NCBI GenBank assembly: GCA_031426395.1
Contig: JANPLG010000182.1
Coordinates: forward strand, 6,984 to 70,983
Length of the DNA stretch: 64,000 nt
Direction of reading: 5' to 3'
From: Actinomycetes bacterium
GTDB lineage: Bacteria; Armatimonadota; SYMT01
Shown: piece after piece, positions 31,593-41,103 of the stretch
Numbering within the stretch: position 1 is the stretch's first letter
How the letters are laid out: every line of letters begins with the position of its first letter
Translations under genes and position numbers: made by a program
Notes under the pieces: generated by a model
The model's input: the letters and a program-made list of their open reading frames with translations, nothing else
Databases searched by the model: none
What the model was told of the DNA's origin: nothing

Positions 31593-32444
31593 CTATTCCG
31601 TGGAGGCGATGGCATACTCGCCCTCCCGCTGCTCGATGCGGAGGACGCTGCGCTCCGGTTCGTGGTCGAGCACCAGCAGCCAACCCTCGCGGGCGGCTCG
31701 GGCGAGGAACGCCTGCTTGGAGAGGAGCGCCTCGTAAGGGAGGAGGTCGTAGGCCATCCCCCAGAAGGGCCGGAGGTGATGGACCGTTGGCACCACGTCC
31801 GCCGGATAGGCGAGGGTCTGGCCCCCGCTCTCCAGGAAGACGGTCTGAAGGGCGCGGGTGTGGCCGGGCGTCACTTCCACGCGAATTCCTGGCAAGACCT
31901 CACCGTCGCCGTCAAGAAGCTGAAGGCGGCCGGACTGCTCTAGCGGTGCCAGATTCTCCGGCCGGTACGACACGCGCATGTGGCTCCGGTTGGCCACCGC
32001 GTCCTCCCACTCCAGCCGCTGCACGAGGTAACGGGCGCGGGGGAAGGAGGCAATGGGCACGGCGGTGCCCCCGTCCGCCTCCTGCGGAAGCCGACTGGCC
32101 CCACCGCAGTGGTCCATGTGAAGGTGCGTGAGGAGAACCATGGTCACGTCCTCCGGCCTCACGCCCAGGGCGTCCAGGTTCTCCAGCAGCGGCTCCCCAG
32201 GCTGCAGCGCGAGCTGGTCCCGCTCCTTGGCAGAGAACTTTCCGCCGTTCCCGGCATCCACTAGCACCACCTCGTCACCGGTGCGGATGAGCAAGCAATT
32301 AGTTTGGAGCGTCACCCGGCCGCGCTCATCCGGCGGAGAGTAGCGCGACCACACTGGTCGTGGAAGCACTCCGAACATGCCGCCACCGTCGAGACGAAAA
32401 GTCCCACCGCTCACCACCGCCACGTCCATCTCACCGATGCGCAT
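31593..32444 (-). CDS. MBL-fold metallo-hydrolase
   Basis: HxHxDH motif (LTHLHMDHCGG) plus downstream His/Asp ligands. Confidence 0.75.
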   Translation of the reverse strand: MRIGEMDVAVVSGGTFRLDGGGMFGVLPRPVWSRYSPPDERGRVTLQTNCLLIRTGDEVVLVDAGNGGKFSAKERDQLALQPGEPLLENLDALGVRPEDVTMVLLTHLHMDHCGGASRLPQEADGGTAVPIASFPRARYLVQRLEWEDAVANRSHMRVSYRPENLAPLEQSGRLQLLDGDGEVLPGIRVEVTPGHTRALQTVFLESGGQTLAYPADVVPTVHHLRPFWGMAYDLLPYEALLSKQAFLARAAREGWLLVLDHEPERSVLRIEQREGEYAIASTE

Positions 32445-32783
32445 CGCTCAAAACCTCTCACACCGGCGACGGGTCACTCGCCCCCAGAACCATAGCCAGC
32501 GGCCTCGCGCCGCGTTCGATCACGGTAGCAGTCTCGGTAGCCGTGCCCCCGCTTGGGGTGCGTTCACTCCGAAGTGCGGGCACCGTCACCGGGAGTCACA
32601 GAACGCCAGGGGGTTTACGGTCCACCAAGCCCCCCACCGTGATCGAACGCGGCACGAGGCCGCTGGCTATGGTTGGGGGCGGGAGGTGGTCCCCAGTCGG
32701 AGCGGTCAACCAACTCTTGTCCCCAATCCAGAATCCATACACACGGGCAAGCATTGGCACGCAATCCGAAATCCGCAATCGAC
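32445..32783. repeat. MITE-like element, subfamily B copy with a long internal hairpin (CCATAGCCAGCGGCCTCGCGCCGCGTTCGATCAC ... GTGATCGAACGCGGCACGAGGCCGCTGGCTATGG) and a heptamer 3' TIR (…GCACGCAATCCGAAATCCGCAATCG)
   Basis: Arms about 34 bp with one mismatch, roughly 150 bp apart. The 3' end is homologous to the 3' TIR of the 59857-60098 element, and the core is homologous to 46653-46983. Confidence 0.6.
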
Positions 32784-33545
32784 TCACTCATCCGGGGGTA
32801 GGTCGTCCTCATCGTCGGCGGACAAGACGGCGTTGACCGCCTTGGCGGCAACCTGCCAGCCAAAGCCGCGCCGTATCAGCATGGCGGCCAGCTTCTTGCG
32901 CGCTTCACGCGGCTCCTCGCTGCTCAGCCGCCCTGCCCGCTTCTGCGCCACCTCCACCGCTAGCCGGAGTTGGGCGTCGTCATCCAGGGGCGCGAGGGCT
33001 TCCTGGATCGTCTCCTTGTCCACGCCCTTGCTCCGGAGCTCGGCGGCCAGGCGGACCGGACCCATGGCGCGGCTGCCGGTGCGGCCGGCCACCCACGCCT
33101 CGCTGAACTCCTGGTCGTTCAGGAATCCCCCGCGCGTCAACGATTCGAGGACCTCGACCACCAGCTCCGCCTCGTATCCCTTTCGCTCCAGCCGCTGACG
33201 CAGCTCCTCTCGACTCCGGGCTCGGTACCCGAGGAGATGGAGGGCGCTCTCCTTAGCACGGCGCCACTCCTCCGCGTGCGCCAGCCGCTCCAGCGCAACG
33301 ACATCCACCTTCCGCCCCACCCGCAGTCCTTCTGCCACGGCCACGTCCACATGGACGCCTATGGCAAAGTGACCATCCACGAACACGCTGATCCGCTCCG
33401 GCCGTCGGACCTGCGGCTCAAGGGACGTGATGAGGGATGGCGTTGGATCGGGGTCAGTGCTCAAACGGTGGCCGCCCTGCTGCCTAGGTGAGATCCCAAC
33501 CCTCAATGCCGAAATGGTCCGCATAGGCCTGCGCACGGGCGGCAA
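32784..33545 (-). CDS. recX: RecX-family regulatory protein (start uncertain; possibly M8 of the ORF)
   Basis: Three-helix-repeat RecX architecture (…ALHLLGYRARSREELRQRLERKGYEAELVVEVLESL…). Confidence 0.7.
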   Translation of the reverse strand: MPPVRRPMRTISALRVGISPRQQGGHRLSTDPDPTPSLITSLEPQVRRPERISVFVDGHFAIGVHVDVAVAEGLRVGRKVDVVALERLAHAEEWRRAKESALHLLGYRARSREELRQRLERKGYEAELVVEVLESLTRGGFLNDQEFSEAWVAGRTGSRAMGPVRLAAELRSKGVDKETIQEALAPLDDDAQLRLAVEVAQKRAGRLSSEEPREARKKLAAMLIRRGFGWQVAAKAVNAVLSADDEDDLPPDE

Positions 33546-34353
33546 TCGCCACCGGGCCGGTCACCAGGACTCCGATGAAACAGGCAATCACGCCCAGGCC
33601 GGCAACAAGCTGGATTACGACTGCGGCAACCATAAACATCACCGGGTTACGCCGGAAGACCATCCAGGAGACCTTGAAAGCATCAATGGCGTCCCCGTTT
33701 CGTGCCGCCAGGTGCGGATAGACGAAGAAGGTGGCACCCCCTACCACTGCCGATGCAATGATCCCGGCTGCCATGCTCATCAATTGCGACACGAGTTGGA
33801 GAGCGGTTGAGGCACCTCCCGAATTGTTGTTATCAACCGCAAGCATAATCCCGAGGCCAGGCAGCTCCAGGACGAACCGGAGAGCAAAGCTCGCGATCAC
33901 GATGAGGAGCGTCGCAAGAAAGGCGTTGCCGAAGCGCCGGAAGCCATCGAAGAGGTTCCCGACTTCGACACGGCCATAGCTCATCTTCCGATAGGTGAGC
34001 ATGACCATTCCGACTTGCATTGCCCCGCCGGCGATGCCGCAAGAGGCTAACGAGACCAGGCCCATGAGCAGCGCGGCCATAGCATATGTCACCACATCTG
34101 ACGAGACATGCGACCAGCCAAGGGAAAGCCAGCGGCCGATATCCACTGTGCCGGTGCCGGCGAACCGCGCATCGGCATAGGTCGCCGTTCCTCCGGCCGC
34201 CTGGAGCTGGCCCAGCTTCTGATCACGGCACGGTCCGCAGTGACGCTGGCCCAGGAACTCCACCAGGCAGGCGTCGCAGAAGGGGCGGCCGCAGTTGACG
34301 CACGTCGCAGCGGCATCCGAGAAGGGATGGTTGATGCAGGGAGTGATGCTCAT
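33484..34353 (-). CDS. Membrane protein with N-terminal double zinc-ribbon (CxxC…CxxC…HCxxC) and a multi-TM C-terminal domain
   Basis: 289 aa, MSITPCINHPFSDAAATCVNCGRPFCDACLVEFLGQRHCGPCRD then at least 5 TM helices. Paralog of the next gene. Confidence 0.6.
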   Translation of the reverse strand: MSITPCINHPFSDAAATCVNCGRPFCDACLVEFLGQRHCGPCRDQKLGQLQAAGGTATYADARFAGTGTVDIGRWLSLGWSHVSSDVVTYAMAALLMGLVSLASCGIAGGAMQVGMVMLTYRKMSYGRVEVGNLFDGFRRFGNAFLATLLIVIASFALRFVLELPGLGIMLAVDNNNSGGASTALQLVSQLMSMAAGIIASAVVGGATFFVYPHLAARNGDAIDAFKVSWMVFRRNPVMFMVAAVVIQLVAGLGVIACFIGVLVTGPVAIAARAQAYADHFGIEGWDLT

Positions 34354-34790
34354 AGCGGTGGGGGAGACGAGGAGGCACTGACGAGATCGGTCGGTCGCGG
34401 GCGTCCTTCGAAGGCGTCAAGTTCGCGCAGCCGGGTGCTCTCCCGGTGTAGGGACCGGTTGGTCATGACGCCGACCCACGCCATGAACGCCGAAAGGACG
34501 AAGAGAGAAAGCCCATAGAGCAACGTCCCGGTGACCATCCCTCCCAGCCCAAACGCAAAGCCTACGAAGCCGATGCCGATGAGCGTCCCGCCGGCCCAGA
34601 AGAGCCTGCGGGGGACGGTCGGCGCCCCACCTCGCTCCAACCGGTCAACCTTGCGATCGCGGCACGGTCCGCAGCCGGTTGAGCCAAGGATCTCAACGAC
34701 ACAGTCTGCGCAATAGTTACGGAAGCAGCCGTGACATTGCTGGGGTGCTGGCTGATTCCGCCCACAGTCGCAGATCTTGCCCAGCATCAC
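34350..34790 (-). CDS. Membrane protein with N-terminal zinc-ribbon, shorter paralog of 33484-34353 (4-nt ATGA overlap, same operon)
   Basis: CDCGRNQPAPQQCHGCFRNYCADCVVEILGSTGCGPCRD then 2 TM helices. The Cys pattern is shared with the neighbour. Confidence 0.6.
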   Translation of the reverse strand: MMLGKICDCGRNQPAPQQCHGCFRNYCADCVVEILGSTGCGPCRDRKVDRLERGGAPTVPRRLFWAGGTLIGIGFVGFAFGLGGMVTGTLLYGLSLFVLSAFMAWVGVMTNRSLHRESTRLRELDAFEGRPRPTDLVSASSSPPPL

Positions 34791-35051
34791 GTCGCCTCGG
34801 TGTTATGGTCGGCGGCCTGATCGTCCTCTCGGTCCCTGGGAGTGGCAACCCGAGTGCACGGGGCAACGAACACAACATTGCTACCCGCTTGGTAGCGGAG
34901 GTAGTACTTGCCGCGAACGCCGCCCCGCAGTTCAGCGCGACCGTACTCCGCGCGGATATCGTCCTCTTCTTCAGTCCGAGTCTTTCGCATCGATCTGTAG
35001 GGTGAGCGCCACCTACTTCGAACCCTGCTACTCGCAGTTCGACTTCCGTAC

Positions 35052-36707
35052 CTACACCTCCAGGATCACGGGCACCACCATCGGCCGACGGCCGGTCAAC
35101 TGTTGGAAGAGCTTGTTGACCGTGCGCCGCACATCCTGCCGGATGGCGCCCCAGTCCCGACCGCCCTCTTCCGGCAGAGATTCCAGGAACTGGAGCACGC
35201 GCTCCTTGGCCCGGTCGTAGACCACTTCCTGCTCCGTGGTGAGTACCGCACCGCGTGAGATGCAGTCCGGCCCGGCAATGACCCGTCCGGTGCTGCGGTC
35301 CACGGTGCAGACCACCACGAAGATGCCGTCCTGCGAGAGGTGGTACCGGTCCCGGAGCACCTCGTCCTCGATGTCGCTGATGCCGGTGCCGTCCACAATC
35401 ACGACCCCGGAGGCTACCTTCTCCGTGATGACCGCTTCCTCTCGGTCCAGCTCCAGCACGTCGCCGTTCTGCAGCTTGATGACCGTGTAGCCCATCTTCT
35501 CGCCCATGCGGCGCCACAGTTCCTGGTGCCGGTACTCACCGTGGACCGGGATGATGTAAGAGGGGCGGGTGAGGTTGGCCATCATCTTCAGCTCTTCCTG
35601 GTTTCCATGCCCGGAGACGTGGATGCGCGGGTAGAGCGGCGTGTGGATGACGTTGGCGCCCTGCCGGAAGAGGTTGTTGATGACTCGCCAGACGGTATCC
35701 TCATTCCCCGGAATGGCGGTGGAGGAGAGGATGACAGTGTCGCCCGCCTGGATCTTCACCTGGCGATGGTCGTTCATCGCCATGCGGGTCAGCGCGGAGA
35801 GCGGCTCCCCCTGACTGCCGGTGCTGATGATCGCGATCTCGTGCGGCGGGTAGAGGTTCACGTCATCCAGGCGGATCATCGTGTCTTCGCCGACCTTCAG
35901 GTACCCCAACTCCCGCGCCACTTCCACGTTGCTCAGCATGCTGCGGCCGGCGAGGGCCACGCGGCGGCCGTGCTTCCTCGCAACATCGATCACCTGCTGG
36001 ACGCGCCAGAGGTTGGAGGAGAAGGTGGCGACCAGCACCCTGCCGGGGGCGTCCTTGAACACCTGGTCCAGCGCCTCGCCCACCACCTGCTCGGAGGGGA
36101 CGTAGCCGGGCTTGTCCACGTTGGTGGAGTCGGTCACCAGGGCCAGCACGCCCTCCGCGCCAGCACGGGCCAGCGCGCCGAGGTCCGCAGGCTTGCCGTC
36201 CACCGGGGTCTGATCGAATTTGAAGTCGCCGGTGTGGACCACGTTGCCGGCGGCGGAGCGCAGCACCAGGCTCACGGAGTCCGGGACGCTGTGGTTGACG
36301 TGGACAAACTCCACGTTGAACGGTCCCACCTGCACCCGCTCTCCAGCGTCCACGAGGTGCCAGTCGGTATCGGCCCAAAGGCCATGCTCGTGGAGCTTGC
36401 GCCGGATCAGGCCCAGGGTCAGCCGGGTGGCCCAGATGGGGACCGGGAGCTGCTTCAGGACGTACGGCAGCGCGCCGATGTGGTCTTCATGAGCGTGGGT
36501 GAGGACGAACCCCAGCACGCGATCGCGGTTCTCCAGCAGGTAGGAGATGTCGGGAATGAGGATGTCGACCCCAAGCTGGTGGTCTTCCGGGAACATGAGC
36601 CCGCAGTCAACAACCAGGATCTGGCCGTCGACCTCATAGGCCGTCATGTTCTTGCCGATTTCGGTGGCGCCGCCCAATGGGATGATGCGTAGACGAGAGG
36701 ATGGCAT
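35052..36707 (-). CDS. rnj: Ribonuclease J (beta-CASP metallo-beta-lactamase RNase)
   Basis: 551 aa. HAHEDH motif, beta-CASP and C-terminal domain, strong family resemblance throughout. Confidence 0.9.
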   Translation of the reverse strand: MPSSRLRIIPLGGATEIGKNMTAYEVDGQILVVDCGLMFPEDHQLGVDILIPDISYLLENRDRVLGFVLTHAHEDHIGALPYVLKQLPVPIWATRLTLGLIRRKLHEHGLWADTDWHLVDAGERVQVGPFNVEFVHVNHSVPDSVSLVLRSAAGNVVHTGDFKFDQTPVDGKPADLGALARAGAEGVLALVTDSTNVDKPGYVPSEQVVGEALDQVFKDAPGRVLVATFSSNLWRVQQVIDVARKHGRRVALAGRSMLSNVEVARELGYLKVGEDTMIRLDDVNLYPPHEIAIISTGSQGEPLSALTRMAMNDHRQVKIQAGDTVILSSTAIPGNEDTVWRVINNLFRQGANVIHTPLYPRIHVSGHGNQEELKMMANLTRPSYIIPVHGEYRHQELWRRMGEKMGYTVIKLQNGDVLELDREEAVITEKVASGVVIVDGTGISDIEDEVLRDRYHLSQDGIFVVVCTVDRSTGRVIAGPDCISRGAVLTTEQEVVYDRAKERVLQFLESLPEEGGRDWGAIRQDVRRTVNKLFQQLTGRRPMVVPVILEV

Positions 36708-36861
36708 ACGGTATCAAGGATACACCATCGGCTGGACGGGCAAGCTATGGGAATGCTCTGGATCTGTGACGGTTGGATGCTCCAATGGGAGCCTCCGGTT
36801 TGGACGACCTCCCAGCGGTTTGCACGGGACAGCGGTTGATTGGGTCGAGTAGAATCCGCTT

Positions 36862-37104
36862 ATGAGAGCCACAGTCTGGAAGCCGGAGTATACGGCCCGA
36901 GCTGAAGAGTTCTGGCGGGAGTATCAGGAGCGGATCAACCTCTCGGAACTCGCGGGGCAAGTAGCCGCCATTGATCCTGTCACCGGACTGGCTGTGAACG
37001 AACCCGATGCATCTGAATGGGAGGCGTTGGGTTCGTTTTGGCATGGGTGGCGGCCTCAATTGGATGGAGCATTCAGTGATGAGCAACGTTCCTACGGGCG
37101 ATGA
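36862..37104 (+). CDS. Small hypothetical protein (80 aa), overlaps the next gene's start by 26 nt in another frame
   Basis: Non-repetitive composition. Lies in the divergent region from rnj. No clear SD. Confidence 0.3.
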   Translation: MRATVWKPEYTARAEEFWREYQERINLSELAGQVAAIDPVTGLAVNEPDASEWEALGSFWHGWRPQLDGAFSDEQRSYGR

Positions 37105-37447
37105 GCTGGTCCGGCCGTTCCTGCCCACACGGGACTTCGAGCTGTCCAAGCGCTTCTATGAGGCGCTTGGCTTTGAGAAGGTCCTGGACGGGGAGGTGGC
37201 GATCTTCAGCGCGGGCTCCGGCGGCTTCATCCTGCAGCGCTACTACCAGCAGGTTTGGGCAGAGAACTGCATGCTGCAGTTGATGGTCGATGACCTGGAT
37301 GCGTGGTGGGCGCACATCCAGGCGTTGGAGCTTGTGGCGCAATTTGGCGTAGCGCCTCCCAAGCCGCCCGCGATGCAGCCCTGGGGACTCCGCGTGGCCT
37401 ACCTGATTGATCCGGCCGGGGTGCTCTGGCATGTGGCCCAGCGGTAG
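37079..37447 (+). CDS. VOC-family (glyoxalase/bleomycin-resistance-fold) protein; start set at MSNVPTG
   Basis: …LSKRFYEALGFEKVLDGEVAIF… paired beta-alpha-beta-beta-beta module typical of the VOC superfamily. Confidence 0.65.
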   Translation: MSNVPTGDELVRPFLPTRDFELSKRFYEALGFEKVLDGEVAIFSAGSGGFILQRYYQQVWAENCMLQLMVDDLDAWWAHIQALELVAQFGVAPPKPPAMQPWGLRVAYLIDPAGVLWHVAQR

Positions 37448-37645
37448 AAACGGCGGTCTAAGCACAACCTCTCGATCGCACGCTACGCGACAGCGCGACC
37501 CCTACCGTCACCTCCGCCTCTTGGGTCGGTCGGGTTCAAGTGGATCTCTTGAGGTTCACCTCGTCCGTGAGAAACCCGTCGCACCGTTTGCTGGAGACGG
37601 GAGCACGAGCGATCGGGGCTCAAATGGGTTCCCGGAGGGCCGCAA

Positions 37646-40600
37646 GTGGACCGAGGAACGGGCGAGGAGTTTGCAGAAAACGTTGCAGTCGTTCCTATCC
37701 ATTTCACTTCTGACCATTTCACTTCCGATTGTCCCCTTGCTGTGACGGATCCACGCTGCCAGATTGATTTGCTGGGCGCACTGCGCGTGGTGCGCGGCGC
37801 GGAGTCGGTCACCCGCTTTTCCACGCGGAAGAATGCCGCGCTGCTGGCCTACCTGGCGCACCGCCTGGGACGACCGCAGCCGCGAGAAGCCCTGATCGAT
37901 CTGCTATGGCCGGACGCCGATCTCGAACTGGGGCGCCGCAGCCTGCGGACCGCCCTGACCAGCCTCCGGCACCAGTTGGAGCCGCCTGGGGTGCCGCAGG
38001 GCTCCGTCCTGCTTGCGGACCGCGCCACCGTTGCCCTGAACCCTGCAGTAGTCACCACGGATATCCGCGCCTTTGAGGCGGCACTGGCCTCCGCGAAGAG
38101 CGCAAGCCGGATCGAGGAGAAACGACAGCGGCTTTCCGACGCCCTGACGCACTACGGCGGCACGCTCCTTCCCGGTCACTACGAAGAGTGGGTCCCCTCA
38201 GAAGCGGCGCGCCTTTCGGAGCTGCACCTGGGGGCGCTGCGCGAGCTGACCGGCATTCTAGAGCAGTGCGGCGATCTTTCCGGCGCGCTGCAGCACGCAC
38301 GACAGGCGGTCACCGTGGAGCCGCTGCGGGAAGCGCCGCACGGGGAGTTGATCCGGCTCCTCATCCAGAGCGGCCAGGAACCCGAGGCGCGGCGTCAGTG
38401 GGCGGCTCTTGGGACGCTTCTCCGTGAGGAGCTGGGCACCGTTCCTAGCGCATCCCTCCAGAAGTTGGTCGATGGCTGGCTCCAGTCTGGACCGGCCCCC
38501 GCTCCCGCAACGCTGCGGACCGGCCTGCCGCCGGTGAGCGCGGCTCAGGCATTCCCCATAGACCCAGGGTCGGCTCCCCCGGAGATGCCACCCCTACCTT
38601 CGGAGTGGACGCGCTTCTTCGGTCGCGTGGACGAACTGGGCCGCCTGCGGCAATGGCTGGCCGCAGCTGCGGTAGCGGAATCGGGGGAGCGGCTAGTTAC
38701 CCTCAGTGGGCCCGGCGGCGTGGGCAAGACCCGGCTGGCGCTCCGCCTTGCGTCCGCGCTTAGGGAAGAGTACGGGGGCCGCGTGGTCTGGGTGGCCCTT
38801 GCAGATCTCTCGGACCCGCGCCTCATCCCGGACGCGCTGGCCCGGGCCCTAGGGCTGCCGCCGGCGCAGGGCGATCCTCTGGCCCAGGTGGCGGAGTTCC
38901 TGGGGGATGGCCCGTGTCTGCTGGTGGTGGACAACCTGGAACAGCTCGGCGCAGGCGCTGCCCCAAGCGTGCAGAGCCTGCTGTCCCGCCTCCCGCAGAG
39001 CCGCATCCTTGCGACTTCCCGCACGCGCCTATTGCTGCCCGGTGAGCGGGAGTTTCCGCTGACTCCTCTCCCCGTTACTCCAGACGGGGAGTCGACAGGG
39101 GAAGGGGAACTTGCTCAGGTTGCGGGATTGCCGAGCGTTCAGTTGTTCGTCGACCGCGCCCAGGCGGTCCGGCCGGACTTTCAGGTCACCGCGCGCAACG
39201 CCGGCGATTTGGTCCGCCTGGCCACGCGGCTGGAAGGAATCCCCCTAGCACTGGAGCTGGCAGCAGCGCGTGCCTCGGTGCTCACGCCGGCGCAGATGGT
39301 GGAGCGGCTGGAGCACCGCCTTGAGTGGCTGGAGACGCGGAAGGCCGACCGCCCCGAGCGCCACCGAAGCATGCGGGCGGCCGTTGAGTGGAGCTACGAA
39401 CTGCTGGGGGCCGGACTCCGAGGGCTGTTCCGCCGCCTGGCCGTCTTCCGCGGCGGTTGGTCGCTGGGGGCAGCGGAAGCGGTGGCTGTGGACGCCTCCC
39501 TCACAGCAGTACTCTCCCCCCTCGACGCGCTGGCGCAGCTTCGGGCCTCGTCGCTCGTCCAGGTGGACGCTCCCGCCACGTCCGGCGCGGAGCCCCGCTT
39601 TCGGATGCTGGAATCGCTGCGCGAGTTCGCTCTGGAGCAGCTCTCACCGGAGGAGCTGACCGCCGCCTACCAAGCCCACCTTGGGTGTTTCCTCGACCAG
39701 GCGGAGGAAGCGGCCGCGGCGATGGACACGCCCGGCCAGCAGGAAGCGATGGACCTCCTGGAATCCGAGCGGGACAACCTGCGTGCGGCGCTGGCATGGT
39801 CGCGCGAGGCCGAGCCGCTCCTGGCACTCCGATTGGCTGGCGCCCTTGGCCGCTTCTGGCGCGTGGGCGGCTATCAGCGGGAAGGTTTCGAATGGCTGGA
39901 ATCCGTGCTCGCCACCACCGAGCGGGAGGCCACGGCCAGGGAGCTCCAATCCGGGGACGCGCTCCGTTGGAAGGCCCGCGCGCTGCATGGAGCAGGCGGG
40001 ATCGCTTTTGATCGCTTGGACTATCCTGCGGCTGAACGCTACTTCAATAGTGCCGTTTCCCTCTGGGAAGCACTCGTGGAATGGGAGCAGGCCGGCATGA
40101 GCCGGGTCGGGCTGGCCATGATGCACTACCAACTCGGCGACCTCCAGCGATCCCGAGAGCAGTACGAGAAGCTGGTGCCACTGGTCAGGGAGGGCTCCGA
40201 CCTCTCCCTCCGCGCCCGCGTCATCGGCGGGCTAGGGCAGATCGCCTACATCCTCCAGGATGCGGATCCGGAGCCGCTATACCTGGAGGCCCTCGCCTGC
40301 CAGCAGGAGCGGGGCAACGTCCAGGGCCAGGGGGCGCTCTACCACGCGCTCGGCAATCTTTTCGAGCGGAACGGCGACCGGCTGGAAGCACGGCGTCACC
40401 ACGAGCTGGCCCTTGCGTGCCGGAAGGAGGCGCGATTCCGGCAGGGCATCATCTACTCCCACTTCAGCCTCTCCGCGCTGGCGAGTGGCGAGGGTGACTT
40501 CGAGCGGGCCCGGCCCCACTGCGAAGAGGGGCTTCGCCTGGCTCGCGAGATCGGGGATGAGTGGTCGATCGGCATGGGACTGAAGTGGCTCGCCAGCATC

Positions 40601-40942
40601 CACCAGGGTGCCGGGGAGTATGCCGAAGCGGAGCGGCTCTGCCGGGAGGGCCTGCGCCTCCAATGGAAGGCGCGGGACATGCAGCATATGTCCTACCTGC
40701 TGCGCGGGCTGGCGGATGCGGCGTTGGCCCTGGGCCGATTGGAGAATGCGGTGACCCTCCACGCTGCCACCGACCTGCTCCAGTCCGAGCTTGGCGGAGC
40801 GATGTCGACCGCTCCTCCGGTCGCCAGCAACCTGCGCGAGGAGGCCCGGAGCCGGCTGGGCGACCGCCGCTACGATGCGGCCACGGAGCGCGGGACCCGG
40901 ATGCCGATTGAAGAGGTGGTCCAACTCGCGCTTGAAGGGTAG
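37646..40942 (+). CDS. SARP/AfsR-like transcriptional regulator: OmpR-type winged-helix + BTAD + NB-ARC ATPase (LSGPGGVGKTRLA) + C-terminal TPR repeats; alternative GTG start at 37742
   Basis: IDLLGALRVV...LLAYLAHRLGRPQPREALIDLLWPD (wHTH), BTAD region (…GHYEEWVPSEAARLSELHL…LIRLL…), P-loop and GxP (LVVDNLEQL) of NB-ARC, several TPR-like repeats. Confidence 0.8.
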   Translation: MDRGTGEEFAENVAVVPIHFTSDHFTSDCPLAVTDPRCQIDLLGALRVVRGAESVTRFSTRKNAALLAYLAHRLGRPQPREALIDLLWPDADLELGRRSLRTALTSLRHQLEPPGVPQGSVLLADRATVALNPAVVTTDIRAFEAALASAKSASRIEEKRQRLSDALTHYGGTLLPGHYEEWVPSEAARLSELHLGALRELTGILEQCGDLSGALQHARQAVTVEPLREAPHGELIRLLIQSGQEPEARRQWAALGTLLREELGTVPSASLQKLVDGWLQSGPAPAPATLRTGLPPVSAAQAFPIDPGSAPPEMPPLPSEWTRFFGRVDELGRLRQWLAAAAVAESGERLVTLSGPGGVGKTRLALRLASALREEYGGRVVWVALADLSDPRLIPDALARALGLPPAQGDPLAQVAEFLGDGPCLLVVDNLEQLGAGAAPSVQSLLSRLPQSRILATSRTRLLLPGEREFPLTPLPVTPDGESTGEGELAQVAGLPSVQLFVDRAQAVRPDFQVTARNAGDLVRLATRLEGIPLALELAAARASVLTPAQMVERLEHRLEWLETRKADRPERHRSMRAAVEWSYELLGAGLRGLFRRLAVFRGGWSLGAAEAVAVDASLTAVLSPLDALAQLRASSLVQVDAPATSGAEPRFRMLESLREFALEQLSPEELTAAYQAHLGCFLDQAEEAAAAMDTPGQQEAMDLLESERDNLRAALAWSREAEPLLALRLAGALGRFWRVGGYQREGFEWLESVLATTEREATARELQSGDALRWKARALHGAGGIAFDRLDYPAAERYFNSAVSLWEALVEWEQAGMSRVGLAMMHYQLGDLQRSREQYEKLVPLVREGSDLSLRARVIGGLGQIAYILQDADPEPLYLEALACQQERGNVQGQGALYHALGNLFERNGDRLEARRHHELALACRKEARFRQGIIYSHFSLSALASGEGDFERARPHCEEGLRLAREIGDEWSIGMGLKWLASIHQGAGEYAEAERLCREGLRLQWKARDMQHMSYLLRGLADAALALGRLENAVTLHAATDLLQSELGGAMSTAPPVASNLREEARSRLGDRRYDAATERGTRMPIEEVVQLALEG
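37700..37725 (+). promoter_or_regulatory. Direct repeat CATTTCACTTC x2 (15-bp spacing) just upstream of the probable GTG start of the SARP regulator
   Basis: Direct read: catttcacttctgaccatttcacttc. Confidence 0.2.
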
Positions 40943-41103
40943 GCTGCCGCCTGGAGAAGGCCAGACCCTGCCTGGGACCGGGAGGCGGTGACGGACCGCG
41001 CTACTTCGCCCGCTGGATGACACCGCTTTGCCGGTGGAGGAGAGCGCATCAGTTTGACCGACGCTCCCCTCCACCATGCACTTCGCTTTGAGTCCGCCTG
41101 CTG

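Noticed and set aside
34717-35517. 266-aa ORF bridging the zinc-ribbon gene and rnj
   Set aside because: It overlaps the 3' end of RNase J in antisense and an intergenic spacer, with Gly/Arg-rich low-information composition.
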